A program made the position numbers and the translations under genes. Positions 8,964 through 17,510 of a stretch of 52,257 bases of DNA are shown here, piece by piece. Below the pieces are notes generated by a model. It saw only the letters and a program-made list of their open reading frames with translations, was not told where the DNA came from and made no database searches. Position 1 is the stretch's first letter. Each line of letters starts with the position of its first letter. Origin of the DNA: a virus (taxonomy: Duplodnaviria > Caudoviricetes); the IMG/VR virus record IMGVR_UViG_3300048847_000024, positions 1-52,257 of that record. One strand, given 5' to 3'.

Positions 8964-9221
8964 ATGCCGTCATACGCGAAGCCGCAGACATCCCGTCGAG
9001 AACGGGTCGTGGTGATGATGCAGCCGTCGATCATCGAGCGCATCGACCGATGGGGCGGGGCTCAGATGAAACTCAACCGCTCAGAAGCGATCCGTTCTCT
9101 GATCGATTTGGCTCTGTCGCAGAGCAGATTGGAAGCGACGGGGGGTGAGTTTGGCGACCGTGCCCCCGCCGCTTCCTGGAACACCGCCGCCTTACCCGGC
9201 AGCGACATCACCCACGGCTGA
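8964..9221 (+). CDS. Ribbon-helix-helix regulator (Arc/CopG-like)
   Basis: GGAGG RBS; ERVVVMMQPSIIERIDRW...NRSEAIRSLIDLAL. Confidence 0.75.
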   Translation: MPSYAKPQTSRRERVVVMMQPSIIERIDRWGGAQMKLNRSEAIRSLIDLALSQSRLEATGGEFGDRAPAASWNTAALPGSDITHG

Positions 9222-9237
9222 TTGGGAGCCGCAGACT

Positions 9238-9975
9238 ATGAACCTTACCACTATCGATCCGTCCGCGGCAGCCGGCGGAATCCAGCTCACCATGACGAGC
9301 CGTGAGATCGCGGAACTGACCGCGAAGGAGCACAAGAACGTTCTGCGGGACATCAAGGCGCTCTTGGCTGGGCTCAAAACTGAGCCGAGCGCCTTCGAAG
9401 GGAGCTACACGGACAGCACGGGCCGTATCCTTCCCTGCTTCAACCTCCCCAAGCGCGAGTGCCTGATCCTCGTCTCCGGCTACAGCGTCGAGCTGCGCGC
9501 CAGGATCATCGACCGTTGGATGGAGCTGGAGGCGCAGGTCGCGACGCCGGCCGACCCGATCAGGGTGCTGAACGACCCGGCGGCGATGCGCGGCCTGCTG
9601 CTCACCTACAGCGAGAAGGTGCTGGCGCTGGAGGACCAGGTCGCCGACATGGCGCCGACCGTCGAGGCCTTCGATCGCTTGGCCAAGGCCGACGGATCGC
9701 TCTGCGTCACGGACGCGGCCAAGGCGCTCCAGGTTCGCCCCAAGGATCTGTTCTCCTACCTCCGCGAACACGGCTGGATCTACAAACGGGTCGGCTCGGA
9801 CCACCACCTCGGCTACCAGACGAAGGTCGCTAGCGGACTGCTGGAGCACAAGGTGACGACTGTCCTCCGGGCTGACGGCTCGGAAAAGATCACGGAGCAG
9901 TGTCGCATCACGCCGAAGGGTCTCGCGGCTCTGGGCAAACTGATGCCACCCGCGGCGACTTCCGTCGCGGCGTAA
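9238..9975 (+). CDS. ant: Phage antirepressor: Rha-family N-terminal domain plus KilAC/ANT C-terminal domain
   Basis: MTSREIAELT.KEHKNVLRDI (Rha); FDRLAKADGSLCVTDAAKAL...ITPKGL (ANT); GGGAG RBS before 9238. Confidence 0.9.
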   Translation: MNLTTIDPSAAAGGIQLTMTSREIAELTAKEHKNVLRDIKALLAGLKTEPSAFEGSYTDSTGRILPCFNLPKRECLILVSGYSVELRARIIDRWMELEAQVATPADPIRVLNDPAAMRGLLLTYSEKVLALEDQVADMAPTVEAFDRLAKADGSLCVTDAAKALQVRPKDLFSYLREHGWIYKRVGSDHHLGYQTKVASGLLEHKVTTVLRADGSEKITEQCRITPKGLAALGKLMPPAATSVAA

Positions 9976-10056
9976 GCCACCGCCATAGCCGGGCCGGGTA
10001 GAGCGCTCGCTCTCATCCGGCTCCCCATCTTCAACGTCGCTGCAGGAGCAACGGCG

Positions 10057-10428
10057 ATGGCCGAACGCGTGCCTACGACGACCCGCCGAGGATTTCTCGG
10101 ACATGCCGCAGGAGCCACCTTCGCGGGTGGCGCGGCGTTCGCGAGTTCGCCCGCGGTCGCTGATCCTCTGCTCGACTTGTTGGGCGAGCTCCGCTCCGTG
10201 CAGACCGCGCTGGCGCAGGCTCATGGAGCCGCCGGCGCGGTCGCGGCGCTCACTGAACGCGAGCGGCTGCTGCTGCGGTCGATTGAGCGATGCCCGCCGC
10301 CGACGACGCGCGAGGGAGCCCTCGCTGCCATAAGGCTCGCCCGCGACAATGAGGAAGAGGACGATGGCAACAAGGACACGATCGGTCTGCTGTCGGCCGC
10401 GCTCGCGTTCCTGGAGGCGCCCTCGTGA
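10057..10428 (+). CDS. Hypothetical protein with a twin-arginine-like N-terminus
   Basis: AGGAG RBS; TTRRGFLG; ADPLL...PPTTREG domain. Confidence 0.7.
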   Translation: MAERVPTTTRRGFLGHAAGATFAGGAAFASSPAVADPLLDLLGELRSVQTALAQAHGAAGAVAALTERERLLLRSIERCPPPTTREGALAAIRLARDNEEEDDGNKDTIGLLSAALAFLEAPS

Positions 10429-10496
10429 CGCCGAGGGTGCCTGATTTCGGAAGCGCGGCCGCATCGAAGTTCAGCTTCAGCGCGCTGACTTTGGGC

Positions 10497-10709
10497 CTAG
10501 TGCGGCTGGCCCAGAAACGCCGCGGGCTGCTTGGCGAGGTAGGCCTCGAACTCCGCAGGCCTCATGGCCGCACCGCCCGCGAGCTCAACCGTAACCTCAG
10601 CGTTGCCGCGCTTTACGTACTCACGGACCAGGAGCACCGCATCACGCGGCGTGACGGTCACGGTAGCTTCAGGCGCTCCGTCGATCTCGGCGATCACTGT
10701 GTAGGACAT
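10497..10709 (-). CDS. Hypothetical protein
   Basis: Strong RBS GAGGAGG. Confidence 0.7.
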   Translation of the reverse strand: MSYTVIAEIDGAPEATVTVTPRDAVLLVREYVKRGNAEVTVELAGGAAMRPAEFEAYLAKQPAAFLGQPH

Positions 10710-10847
10710 GGTGCCCTCCTCAGGTGAATGCGCAGCCTAGCCCCTTACGCGGTGCGCGCAACCGGGCGAGCCGCGCGGAAAATCTAAAGTGAGATGGGAG
10801 GCGAGGCTGCGACGACTCGACTCTCGCGAACGATCGAGGCAGGTTGA

Positions 10848-10862
10848 GAACGAACGATGAAC
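10848..10862 (+). promoter_or_regulatory. Alphaproteobacterial LexA (SOS) box GAAC-N7-GAAC
   Basis: GAACgaacgatGAAC, an exact match, 17 bp upstream of the TTG start at 10880. Confidence 0.8.
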
Positions 10863-10879
10863 ATGAAGGGGGCGGCGCA

Positions 10880-11389
10880 TTGGCGGAGGCCATCATCGCG
10901 CGGTTCAAGCTGCACGTCAGGTGCGAGAACTGCCTGAAGGAAGGCGTCCAGACGCTCGACGTGCCGGACGTGGTCGGAGCGCCGACGACCGTCAATGAAC
11001 TGCTCGAGAGCGGTCTCCTTGCCCACCAGAACTTCGTCTGCCGTGGGTGCGACGGGAACATCGCGCGGCTCGTCTCGATCAAGACCTTCCGGCCGGCGGA
11101 AAGCACGGGGACCAAGCGAATGTCGAACCCTGCAAGTGTCACGATCCACGTCGCGCTGTGCTTCAGGCGAAACGCCGATGGCGAGCTCGAAGCTGACCAG
11201 CCGCTTCAAACGCCTTCAGCTGAGGCCGCCAAACGCCGTGCTCAGCGCTACGCAGAGGCCGGCGGCGGAGGGGTGGCGTTCTCCCGCACGGGCGATCCAC
11301 AACTTGGAGACTGGCGCGATGCCGTGATGCTAGGCGTCTACGGCGAGGTGCCAGAGGATGTGATGGATGACGTCAGGAATGCCGCCTGA
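10880..11389 (+). CDS. Probable SOS-induced protein: Zn-ribbon (CENC...CRGC) plus a second small domain (AFSRTGDP...GEVP)
   Basis: Two CxxC pairs; RBS GAAGGGGG; LexA box upstream. Confidence 0.65.
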   Translation: MAEAIIARFKLHVRCENCLKEGVQTLDVPDVVGAPTTVNELLESGLLAHQNFVCRGCDGNIARLVSIKTFRPAESTGTKRMSNPASVTIHVALCFRRNADGELEADQPLQTPSAEAAKRRAQRYAEAGGGGVAFSRTGDPQLGDWRDAVMLGVYGEVPEDVMDDVRNAA

Positions 11390-11419
11390 GAAAGCCCGCT
11401 CGCGGTCGCCGAGCCGAGG

Positions 11420-11809
11420 TTAGCTCGTGGCGGCTCTCTTTGCGGGTGCCGCCGGCGAAGCGGGAGCCGGACCCGCGCAGCGCTTCGTGATCGAGGCCCG
11501 CCGCACCGCCTCGGTCTCACCCTTCAGCCGTGCAATCTCCGGCGCGATGTTGTCGCCGCTCATGGAGGAGACGGGGAGGCCGATCAGAATCACGCCGACC
11601 GTATCGTTCGTCCGCGCCTGCGTCTGCTGCTGAGACGCCGTCGCGAGCGCCGCGCTGAGCCGGTTCGACTCTCCTCCGAGCTGATCGCACGTCCAGCTCT
11701 GGTAGCCGACCTCGCTCACGTAGGAGGGCGCGATGCTCTCCGGCGACTTCGCGCATGCGACAGATACCGACGCCAGCGCCATCAGCGCTGCGGCCTTGAT
11801 GATGTTCAC
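11420..11809 (-). CDS. Lipoprotein
   Basis: Hydrophobic signal with lipobox SVAC, followed by AKSPESIAPSYVS...Y...C. Confidence 0.75.
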   Translation of the reverse strand: MNIIKAAALMALASVSVACAKSPESIAPSYVSEVGYQSWTCDQLGGESNRLSAALATASQQQTQARTNDTVGVILIGLPVSSMSGDNIAPEIARLKGETEAVRRASITKRCAGPAPASPAAPAKRAATS

Positions 11810-12036
11810 GAAGGATGCCCCCGAGCTCGAGCGAGACGCACGAGCGACGCCACAATGTTGGCACATTCTCAAAGATGCAATCGAGGACCTATACGTAATA
11901 CTGCGTAGAGCGAGTGTCTCTCGACGCGCCGATGGTGCGCCGAATCAATCTTGATCTCATTTCCTCGAAGGGTGCTATATCCGCCGGCGCTTCAATTTCG
12001 GGGAAATGACGCTCTACGAGCGGGGGGAGAACGGGT

Positions 12037-12741
12037 ATGAAGAAATATGTATTCCCTCTCTTGGGAATCTATCTAGACTTCATTCTTATTGAAGCGGCAT
12101 CCACTCTGATCATATACGCTGCGGCGGCAGTGGTCCTCCAATATATTCCGATCGAGTGGGTTACGCCAGTCCAGATGGCTTCCTCGCTTATTCTAGCCCT
12201 TATCTTGAAGTACTCGGGCCTTTCGGTTGGAGCCTGGCTACTGGAAGAGGCGAAGTTTGAACGAAAGCAGGACACAAAGATTCGCCAATGGCCGAACCTC
12301 ATGCTGGGCACTATTCTTATTCTGTCGGGACTCAAGTCGATGGTGCGATGGATGGAGAACGACGGTCTGCAGCCGTTCTTTTATATGCTCGATCCGACCT
12401 CCATTAAGATCGCCTTGATTATGGTGGAAGGCGCAGCGCTCGTCGTGGCGGGCGCAATGATTTTGAAGTTCATGCCCTGGTCGAAAACTGTTGCAGGGGT
12501 GCTCATTATCTTCGGGGCGGCGCGCGCAACATTCGCGTTCTTTGTTACGCCGGATCAGATGAGGCTAACGACGATTCGAGCGCTGGAAAATCGCGGGCGG
12601 GAGGTTCGCGAGGACCTGCTGGACGCGATGTGGCCAATTGCCTCCTATAGCATTGCCGGCATAGTGCTTTTGATGGTGGTTTTACTCTACCTCTGCAGGC
12701 GGCGATCTGTTCGCCTGCGCAGCAATGAGGCTGTTGCGTAG
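12037..12741 (+). CDS. Low-GC polytopic membrane protein (moron; possible superinfection exclusion or Abi)
   Basis: About 6 hydrophobic segments, own RBS, convergent with cI. Confidence 0.75.
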   Translation: MKKYVFPLLGIYLDFILIEAASTLIIYAAAAVVLQYIPIEWVTPVQMASSLILALILKYSGLSVGAWLLEEAKFERKQDTKIRQWPNLMLGTILILSGLKSMVRWMENDGLQPFFYMLDPTSIKIALIMVEGAALVVAGAMILKFMPWSKTVAGVLIIFGAARATFAFFVTPDQMRLTTIRALENRGREVREDLLDAMWPIASYSIAGIVLLMVVLLYLCRRRSVRLRSNEAVA

Positions 12742-12785
12742 GCCGGGCGTCGCCCTCCGGACCATTATCGACGATCGCTCTCTCC

Positions 12786-12818
12786 CTCATGCGAGCGCTT
12801 GCTGGGCGCTCGCATGAG
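12786..12818. terminator. Probable bidirectional terminator
   Basis: Perfect 13-bp stem CTCATGCGAGCGC/GCGCTCGCATGAG between convergent genes. Confidence 0.6.
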
Positions 12819-12830
12819 CGGGCTCCATCC

Positions 12831-13526
12831 TTAGATGGCGAACTCGCTTCGCACCCCCCGCACGAGGGCCAGCACCTTCACCGACCGGCCGTCATCGGCC
12901 TTCAGGTCCCGTTTCACGACGATCGGCTTGTGCCTCGGGTTCGTAGAGCGGGGCAAGAACCTCGTTTCGGTCTCGGCGTACTGGACCTGCTTGACGGACC
13001 ACTCCCTCAGGTGCCCGCCGTCACGGACCTGCTCAACAACGACGATCATGCCGTCGCGCAGGGGAACGCGGTCCTCGAGGTCGTCGAAGTCGACGCAGAT
13101 GATGCGATCGCCGGGGAGGATCGGCCTGGGCTTCAAATCGTTCATGGAGTCGCCGGCGACGTCGAGCGCGAAGATCCGTGCGTTCGGGAACTGGGCATCT
13201 CGCGGTTCGAAGACCGTGACATCCTCTGATTGGACGAACTCGTCGGCTTCGCGGAAAGCTCCTGCCTCCACAGTGCCTGCCACCCGGACCGGGATTAGAT
13301 CGCCGGGGACCGGACGGAGCTCCTGCTCGCCTTCGGCCGCTTGCCCGAACAGCAATTCTTGAGCCGATCGATCGAGGAAGGGCGCCAGCCGCTCAGCCCA
13401 CTCGCGCGTGAACTTGCGCTCGCCCAGTTCGAGTCGCCGGATCTGGGGCTGGCTGGTGCCGGCCATCTCCGCCAGACGCCCCTGGGTGAGGCCTTTAGCT
13501 TCGCGCGCTGACCTGAGCATGTTCAT
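12831..13526 (-). CDS. cI: CI-like repressor (XRE HTH + S24 autopeptidase)
   Basis: HTH LTQGRLAEMAGTSQPQIRRLE; VEAG cleavage site; GDSM serine and SVKQ lysine; divergent from cro. Confidence 0.92.
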   Translation of the reverse strand: MNMLRSAREAKGLTQGRLAEMAGTSQPQIRRLELGERKFTREWAERLAPFLDRSAQELLFGQAAEGEQELRPVPGDLIPVRVAGTVEAGAFREADEFVQSEDVTVFEPRDAQFPNARIFALDVAGDSMNDLKPRPILPGDRIICVDFDDLEDRVPLRDGMIVVVEQVRDGGHLREWSVKQVQYAETETRFLPRSTNPRHKPIVVKRDLKADDGRSVKVLALVRGVRSEFAI

Positions 13527-13612
13527 ACCAAAATGGTAGCTGGGGAAAAGCCAGAGGTCTAAGACCAAAATGGTTGGAATGACTTGCATCCAAAAAACCA
13601 TCTTGGTATACG
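13527..13612. promoter_or_regulatory. oR/pR/pRM switch with three operators (13527-13537, 13564-13574, 13597-13607)
   Basis: ACCAAAATGGT x2 and ACCATCTTGGT; pR-like TTGCAT(13584)-N17-TATACG just before cro. Confidence 0.85.
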
Positions 13613-13618
13613 AAATGA

Positions 13619-13834
13619 ATGACGCTCGCCGAGTACCTCGCTGAACACGGGCTCACGCACTCCGCCTTTGCGGAGCGCATCGGCACGACCCAGACGGCCG
13701 TCACCCGCTACGCATCGGGGAGGCGAGTGCCACGGCCCCGTCAGATGCGCAGGATCATCATCGAAACTGGCGGCGCCGTCTCGGCGAACGACTTCTATGG
13801 CGTGCCCGTGCGCGAAAAGGAGTTCGCTGCATGA
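13619..13834 (+). CDS. cro: Cro-like HTH repressor
   Basis: MTLAEYL...LTHSAFAERIGTTQTAVTRYASGRRVP...TGGAVSANDF. Confidence 0.9.
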   Translation: MTLAEYLAEHGLTHSAFAERIGTTQTAVTRYASGRRVPRPRQMRRIIIETGGAVSANDFYGVPVREKEFAA

Positions 13835-13893
13835 GGGCGTCCCAGGGCCAACGCTCCGTCGGCGGGACGCCGGGTTATCGGCAATCCGCGGCT

Positions 13894-14139
13894 TCAAGAG
13901 CGCTCGGGGGACGACGCCCGAATGAAGCGCGCGATCCGGTCCAGCATGTAGGGCTCGAGGCCGTCCCGCTGGTAAAGGGCCTCGTCCGCCTTGGCCTGCA
14001 CATGACGCACGAACTCCGCGCGGCGGTTCGAACTGGTCGACAGGCTGACAGCACCCAGCGCGCTCAGCACGACCTCCAGCGTCGCGACCGCCTGCGCGAG
14101 CTCATGGATGTTCGTCTCAACGCTTTGGCGCTGGGGCAT
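13894..14139 (-). CDS. Hypothetical protein (antisense insert in the early operon)
   Basis: GGAGGA upstream of ATG 14139; helical protein-like composition. Confidence 0.5.
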   Translation of the reverse strand: MPQRQSVETNIHELAQAVATLEVVLSALGAVSLSTSSNRRAEFVRHVQAKADEALYQRDGLEPYMLDRIARFIRASSPERS

Positions 14140-14219
14140 TCGGCATTCGCTTTTCCTCCGTCGAGGCGCGCCTCCATCCGCCAAGATCTGGCGCGCGTTC
14201 GATCCTCCGCGGGATCTCG

Positions 14220-14660
14220 ATGATGTCCTGCGTCGCTCTCGCAGCGCCTTCCGCTCCCGCTCCAACGGCCACGACGCCGTCTCCGTCCTCAACAGGATCG
14301 GAGATGACGTTGCGAAAAGTCGGAGTGAATTTCCCCAACATCAGAGGAGCGCAGATCGAGGTCGCCGACCGCGTCTGCGACTTCCTGCGCGCCCGCTACC
14401 CGGACAAGACTGCGGCGAACGTCCACGCCGATACCGGCGTCCGGATCAAGACCGTCGAAAAGTGGCTATCGCGGGTCTCAGCGCCCGGCGCGGCGCACCT
14501 GGTCGTTCTCGTGACGATCTACGGGCCCGAGTTCCTCTCGGCCCTTCTTCCCGGCCGGCTCGCATGGCTCGACAGCGCCGCCCGCGAACAGGAACGCCTC
14601 AGGCTCGAGGACGATATCCGGCGCCTGCGCGCCCGCCTGGATCAAGTGGAGCTGCGCTGA
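14220..14660 (+). CDS. CII-position DNA-binding protein (start possibly ~14305)
   Basis: HTH-like KTAANVHADTGVRIKTVEKWL and a C-terminal coiled coil; follows cro. Confidence 0.65.
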   Translation: MMSCVALAAPSAPAPTATTPSPSSTGSEMTLRKVGVNFPNIRGAQIEVADRVCDFLRARYPDKTAANVHADTGVRIKTVEKWLSRVSAPGAAHLVVLVTIYGPEFLSALLPGRLAWLDSAAREQERLRLEDDIRRLRARLDQVELR

Positions 14661-14803
14661 TGGGTCTGTTGCGCATCGGGGCATACGGGCTCGCCGCCCT
14701 CCTCAAGCGCTTCGCCAAGGGCCAGGTCGCATTCGCCGACATGCTGCGGCTCGCAGCCGATCGGCTGGAGCGCTGGGCCGATCGGGGGAGGAGCGCCCCA
14801 TGA
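14660..14803 (+). CDS. Small hypothetical protein
   Basis: TGATG and ATGA coupling with both neighbours. Confidence 0.5.
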   Translation: MGLLRIGAYGLAALLKRFAKGQVAFADMLRLAADRLERWADRGRSAP

Positions 14804-15138
14804 GGCCCCAGCTCGAGAAGACCATCTCGGCTCCCGCCCGCCGCGCGCACGCGCGTGCAAGAACGAGCGATGCCGTCGGCGACCCGTCGCTGAGCGATGT
14901 GAACGCCGAAGATACCCTCGACTGCCGGATCACCGCCTACGCCTCCCAGATCGTCGCCAGCGCCTGCGTCAAGGTACGGGGCGAGGCGGGTCCCGAGGCA
15001 TGCCGGCTGATGCTGGACGAGCTGATCGTCTCGGCCGCACACGTCGCTTCCGGCGCCGACGGCGTGACCGCGTCCGAGGTCCTCCGAAAGCTCTCCGAGA
15101 GCCTCGACCCCACCGTTCGGGAGCGCGCCAATGCGTGA
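14800..15138 (+). CDS. Hypothetical protein
   Basis: GGAGGAG RBS; translationally coupled. Confidence 0.65.
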   Translation: MRPQLEKTISAPARRAHARARTSDAVGDPSLSDVNAEDTLDCRITAYASQIVASACVKVRGEAGPEACRLMLDELIVSAAHVASGADGVTASEVLRKLSESLDPTVRERANA

Positions 15139-15454
15139 CCACGACCAGGAAGCTCCTGCCGAGGCCGGCATGCGTGACGGTCGCGCCAAGGTGCACGCGG
15201 CGATGCTCGAGGCGGCGTCGCAGAAGCCGACGCTCGCCGAGATGATGGTCGACGTGGAGGGCGAGGCCGCCCGCATCGAGATCGTCCAGGCTGGCCTGAT
15301 CGACGCCGGTCACAGAGCCAAGCCCGACAGCGGCCAGATGAGCCGGCTCGTCATCCTCGACAGGCTGGTGCGCTTTCTCCGCCTCGTTGGTCGCTACGAG
15401 GCCGAGGTCCGAAGCCTTCTTCAACAACTTCAGCAGCGGGACATGACCCGATGA
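15131..15454 (+). CDS. Hypothetical protein
   Basis: Overlaps both neighbours in the operon. Confidence 0.65.
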   Translation: MRDHDQEAPAEAGMRDGRAKVHAAMLEAASQKPTLAEMMVDVEGEAARIEIVQAGLIDAGHRAKPDSGQMSRLVILDRLVRFLRLVGRYEAEVRSLLQQLQQRDMTR

Positions 15455-16011
15455 GTTCCGAAGCCATGAAATGGGCGAAGCGGCAGAAGGTCGCCAACCA
15501 GCCGATGAAAGCGGTGCTCCGTGAGCTGGCCTGTTACGCCGACCGCGGGGGCGCCTGCTTTCCGTCACAAGCCACTCTCGCAGCCGACACTGGGCTATCG
15601 GAGCGATGCGTGCGCTCCTGCCTGGCTGGCCTTGAGCGGCTTGGACTGATTTGCCGGAAGGCTCGCAGCAAGGGCCGCGCGGGTCGAACAACGGACCTGA
15701 TCGTGATGTCGCTCCACCGCGAGTTCGACATCTCGAAGGCCGATATCAAGCGGGCCCGAACCGCATCACCAATCGCGGCTCCAACCGGCAAACCGTGCCG
15801 GTTGCAAAACGGTTTCCAACCGGCACCGCGTTCCTCTGCAACCGGCACCGCGTTCCGGGGAATAACTAAGGGATCAATTAGATCTCCCATCCAAGAAAGA
15901 GATAATAGCGCTACCGGTTCAGGATATGGCACGGGGGAGGACGGCGGCGAGGCCACCCCGAGATACCCCTCGTGGGATGAGGACTTCCCCTTCGGCGTGG
16001 GGAGGGCGTGA
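15451..16011 (+). CDS. Winged-HTH replication initiator-like protein
   Basis: MS.EAMKWA...KAVLRELACYAD..GACFPSQATLAADTGLSERCVR..L..LE..GLI. Confidence 0.85.
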   Translation: MSSEAMKWAKRQKVANQPMKAVLRELACYADRGGACFPSQATLAADTGLSERCVRSCLAGLERLGLICRKARSKGRAGRTTDLIVMSLHREFDISKADIKRARTASPIAAPTGKPCRLQNGFQPAPRSSATGTAFRGITKGSIRSPIQERDNSATGSGYGTGEDGGEATPRYPSWDEDFPFGVGRA

Positions 16012-17510
16012 CGATGGCGACCGCCCGGCCGCTCCGTCCTCATCAGGTCAAGGCGCTGGACCTGATCCGATCCTCGCTCGTGGATGGGTCTTACCGTCCT
16101 CTGCTGCAGCTCGCGACCGGCGGCGGGAAGACCCGGCTTGCGGCCGAGATCGTCGAGCGTGCTCGGGCCAAGGGCAATCGGGTCGTGTTCGTTGTCCCGG
16201 CGCTCAGCCTGATCAACCAGACCGTCCAGTCGTTCCTCGGCGAAGGCATCCCGGCGCACGAGATCGGCGTCATCCAGGCCAACCACCCTCTTACCGATGC
16301 ACGCCGGCCGATCCAGGTCGCGAGCGTGCAGACGCTCGAGCGCCGGCCGCTGCCGCAGTCCGACGTGGTGATCATCGACGAGGCGCACCGCTGGTTTCGC
16401 CTCTACGCCCGCTGGATGGCGACCGAGGGCTGGGAGAGGGTTCCGTTCATCGGCTTGTCGGCGACGCCCTGGACGAAGGGGCTCGGCAAGCACTTCGATC
16501 GGCTGCTGATCGCCGCGACGACGCAGGAGCTGATCGACGCCGGCTTCCTGTCGCCGTTTCGCGTGTTCGCGCCGTCGCATCCCGATCTATCCGGCGTCCG
16601 CACGGTCGCCGGGGACTATCACGAGGGCGACCTCTCGAAGGCCATGGACAAGCCGGACCTCGTCGCGGACGTGGTCAGGACGTGGGTCGAGCGCGCCGAG
16701 CAGCGTCCGACCCTTTGCTTCGCCGTCGACCGGGCGCACGCCAAGAGCCTGCAGCAGCAGTTCGAGCAAGCCGGCGTCCGGGCAGGCTATGTCGACGCCT
16801 ACACAGACGCCGACGAGCGGGAGGCCGTCCGCAGGGCCTTTCATGCCGGAACCCTGCGGGTCGTCTGCAACGTCGGCGTTCTGACGACAGGTGTGGACTG
16901 GGACGTCCGGTGCATCGTGCTGGCCCGGCCGACGAAGAGCGAGATGCTGTTCGTCCAGATCGTCGGGCGCGGCCTACGCACCGCCATGGGCAAGGCTGAC
17001 TGCCTCATCCTCGACCATAGCGACACAACGCTCAGGCTCGGCTTCGTCACCGACATCCACCACGACCGGCTTGATCGCGGAGAGAGGCCCCGAAAGCAGA
17101 ACCGCGAGCGGCGGGCGCCGACGCCGAAGGAGTGCCCGAAGTGCTCCTACCTCAAGCCGGTGAAGGTGCACCGCTGCCCGGTTTGCTCCTTCGCGCCGGA
17201 GCGTCAGGCGGACGTCACATGCGATGACGGCGGCGCGCTGTTCGAGATGGCTCGCGACCGGAAGCCGAAGAGGGCGACGCCGGAGGAGAAGGCGACCTGG
17301 TACGCGATGCTGCTCGGCTACGCGGATCGCCATGGCAAATCGACGGCATGGGCGCTGGCGAACTACCGGGAGAAGTTCCGGGAGTGGCCCCACCGCAAGA
17401 ACGAGGCCCAGCCCTGGCCGCCGTCTGACGAGATCTACCGGTGGGTGAAGTCCCGGGCCATCGCCTACGCGAAGGGAATCCAGAAGGGGGACAGGCGCCA
17501 TGCAGCGTGA
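16008..17510 (+). CDS. SF2 DEAH helicase (RadD/YejH-like) with a C-terminal Zn finger
   Basis: TGGGKT, DEAH, SAT, QIVGRGLR, CPKC...CPVC. Confidence 0.93.
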   Translation: MTMATARPLRPHQVKALDLIRSSLVDGSYRPLLQLATGGGKTRLAAEIVERARAKGNRVVFVVPALSLINQTVQSFLGEGIPAHEIGVIQANHPLTDARRPIQVASVQTLERRPLPQSDVVIIDEAHRWFRLYARWMATEGWERVPFIGLSATPWTKGLGKHFDRLLIAATTQELIDAGFLSPFRVFAPSHPDLSGVRTVAGDYHEGDLSKAMDKPDLVADVVRTWVERAEQRPTLCFAVDRAHAKSLQQQFEQAGVRAGYVDAYTDADEREAVRRAFHAGTLRVVCNVGVLTTGVDWDVRCIVLARPTKSEMLFVQIVGRGLRTAMGKADCLILDHSDTTLRLGFVTDIHHDRLDRGERPRKQNRERRAPTPKECPKCSYLKPVKVHRCPVCSFAPERQADVTCDDGGALFEMARDRKPKRATPEEKATWYAMLLGYADRHGKSTAWALANYREKFREWPHRKNEAQPWPPSDEIYRWVKSRAIAYAKGIQKGDRRHAA

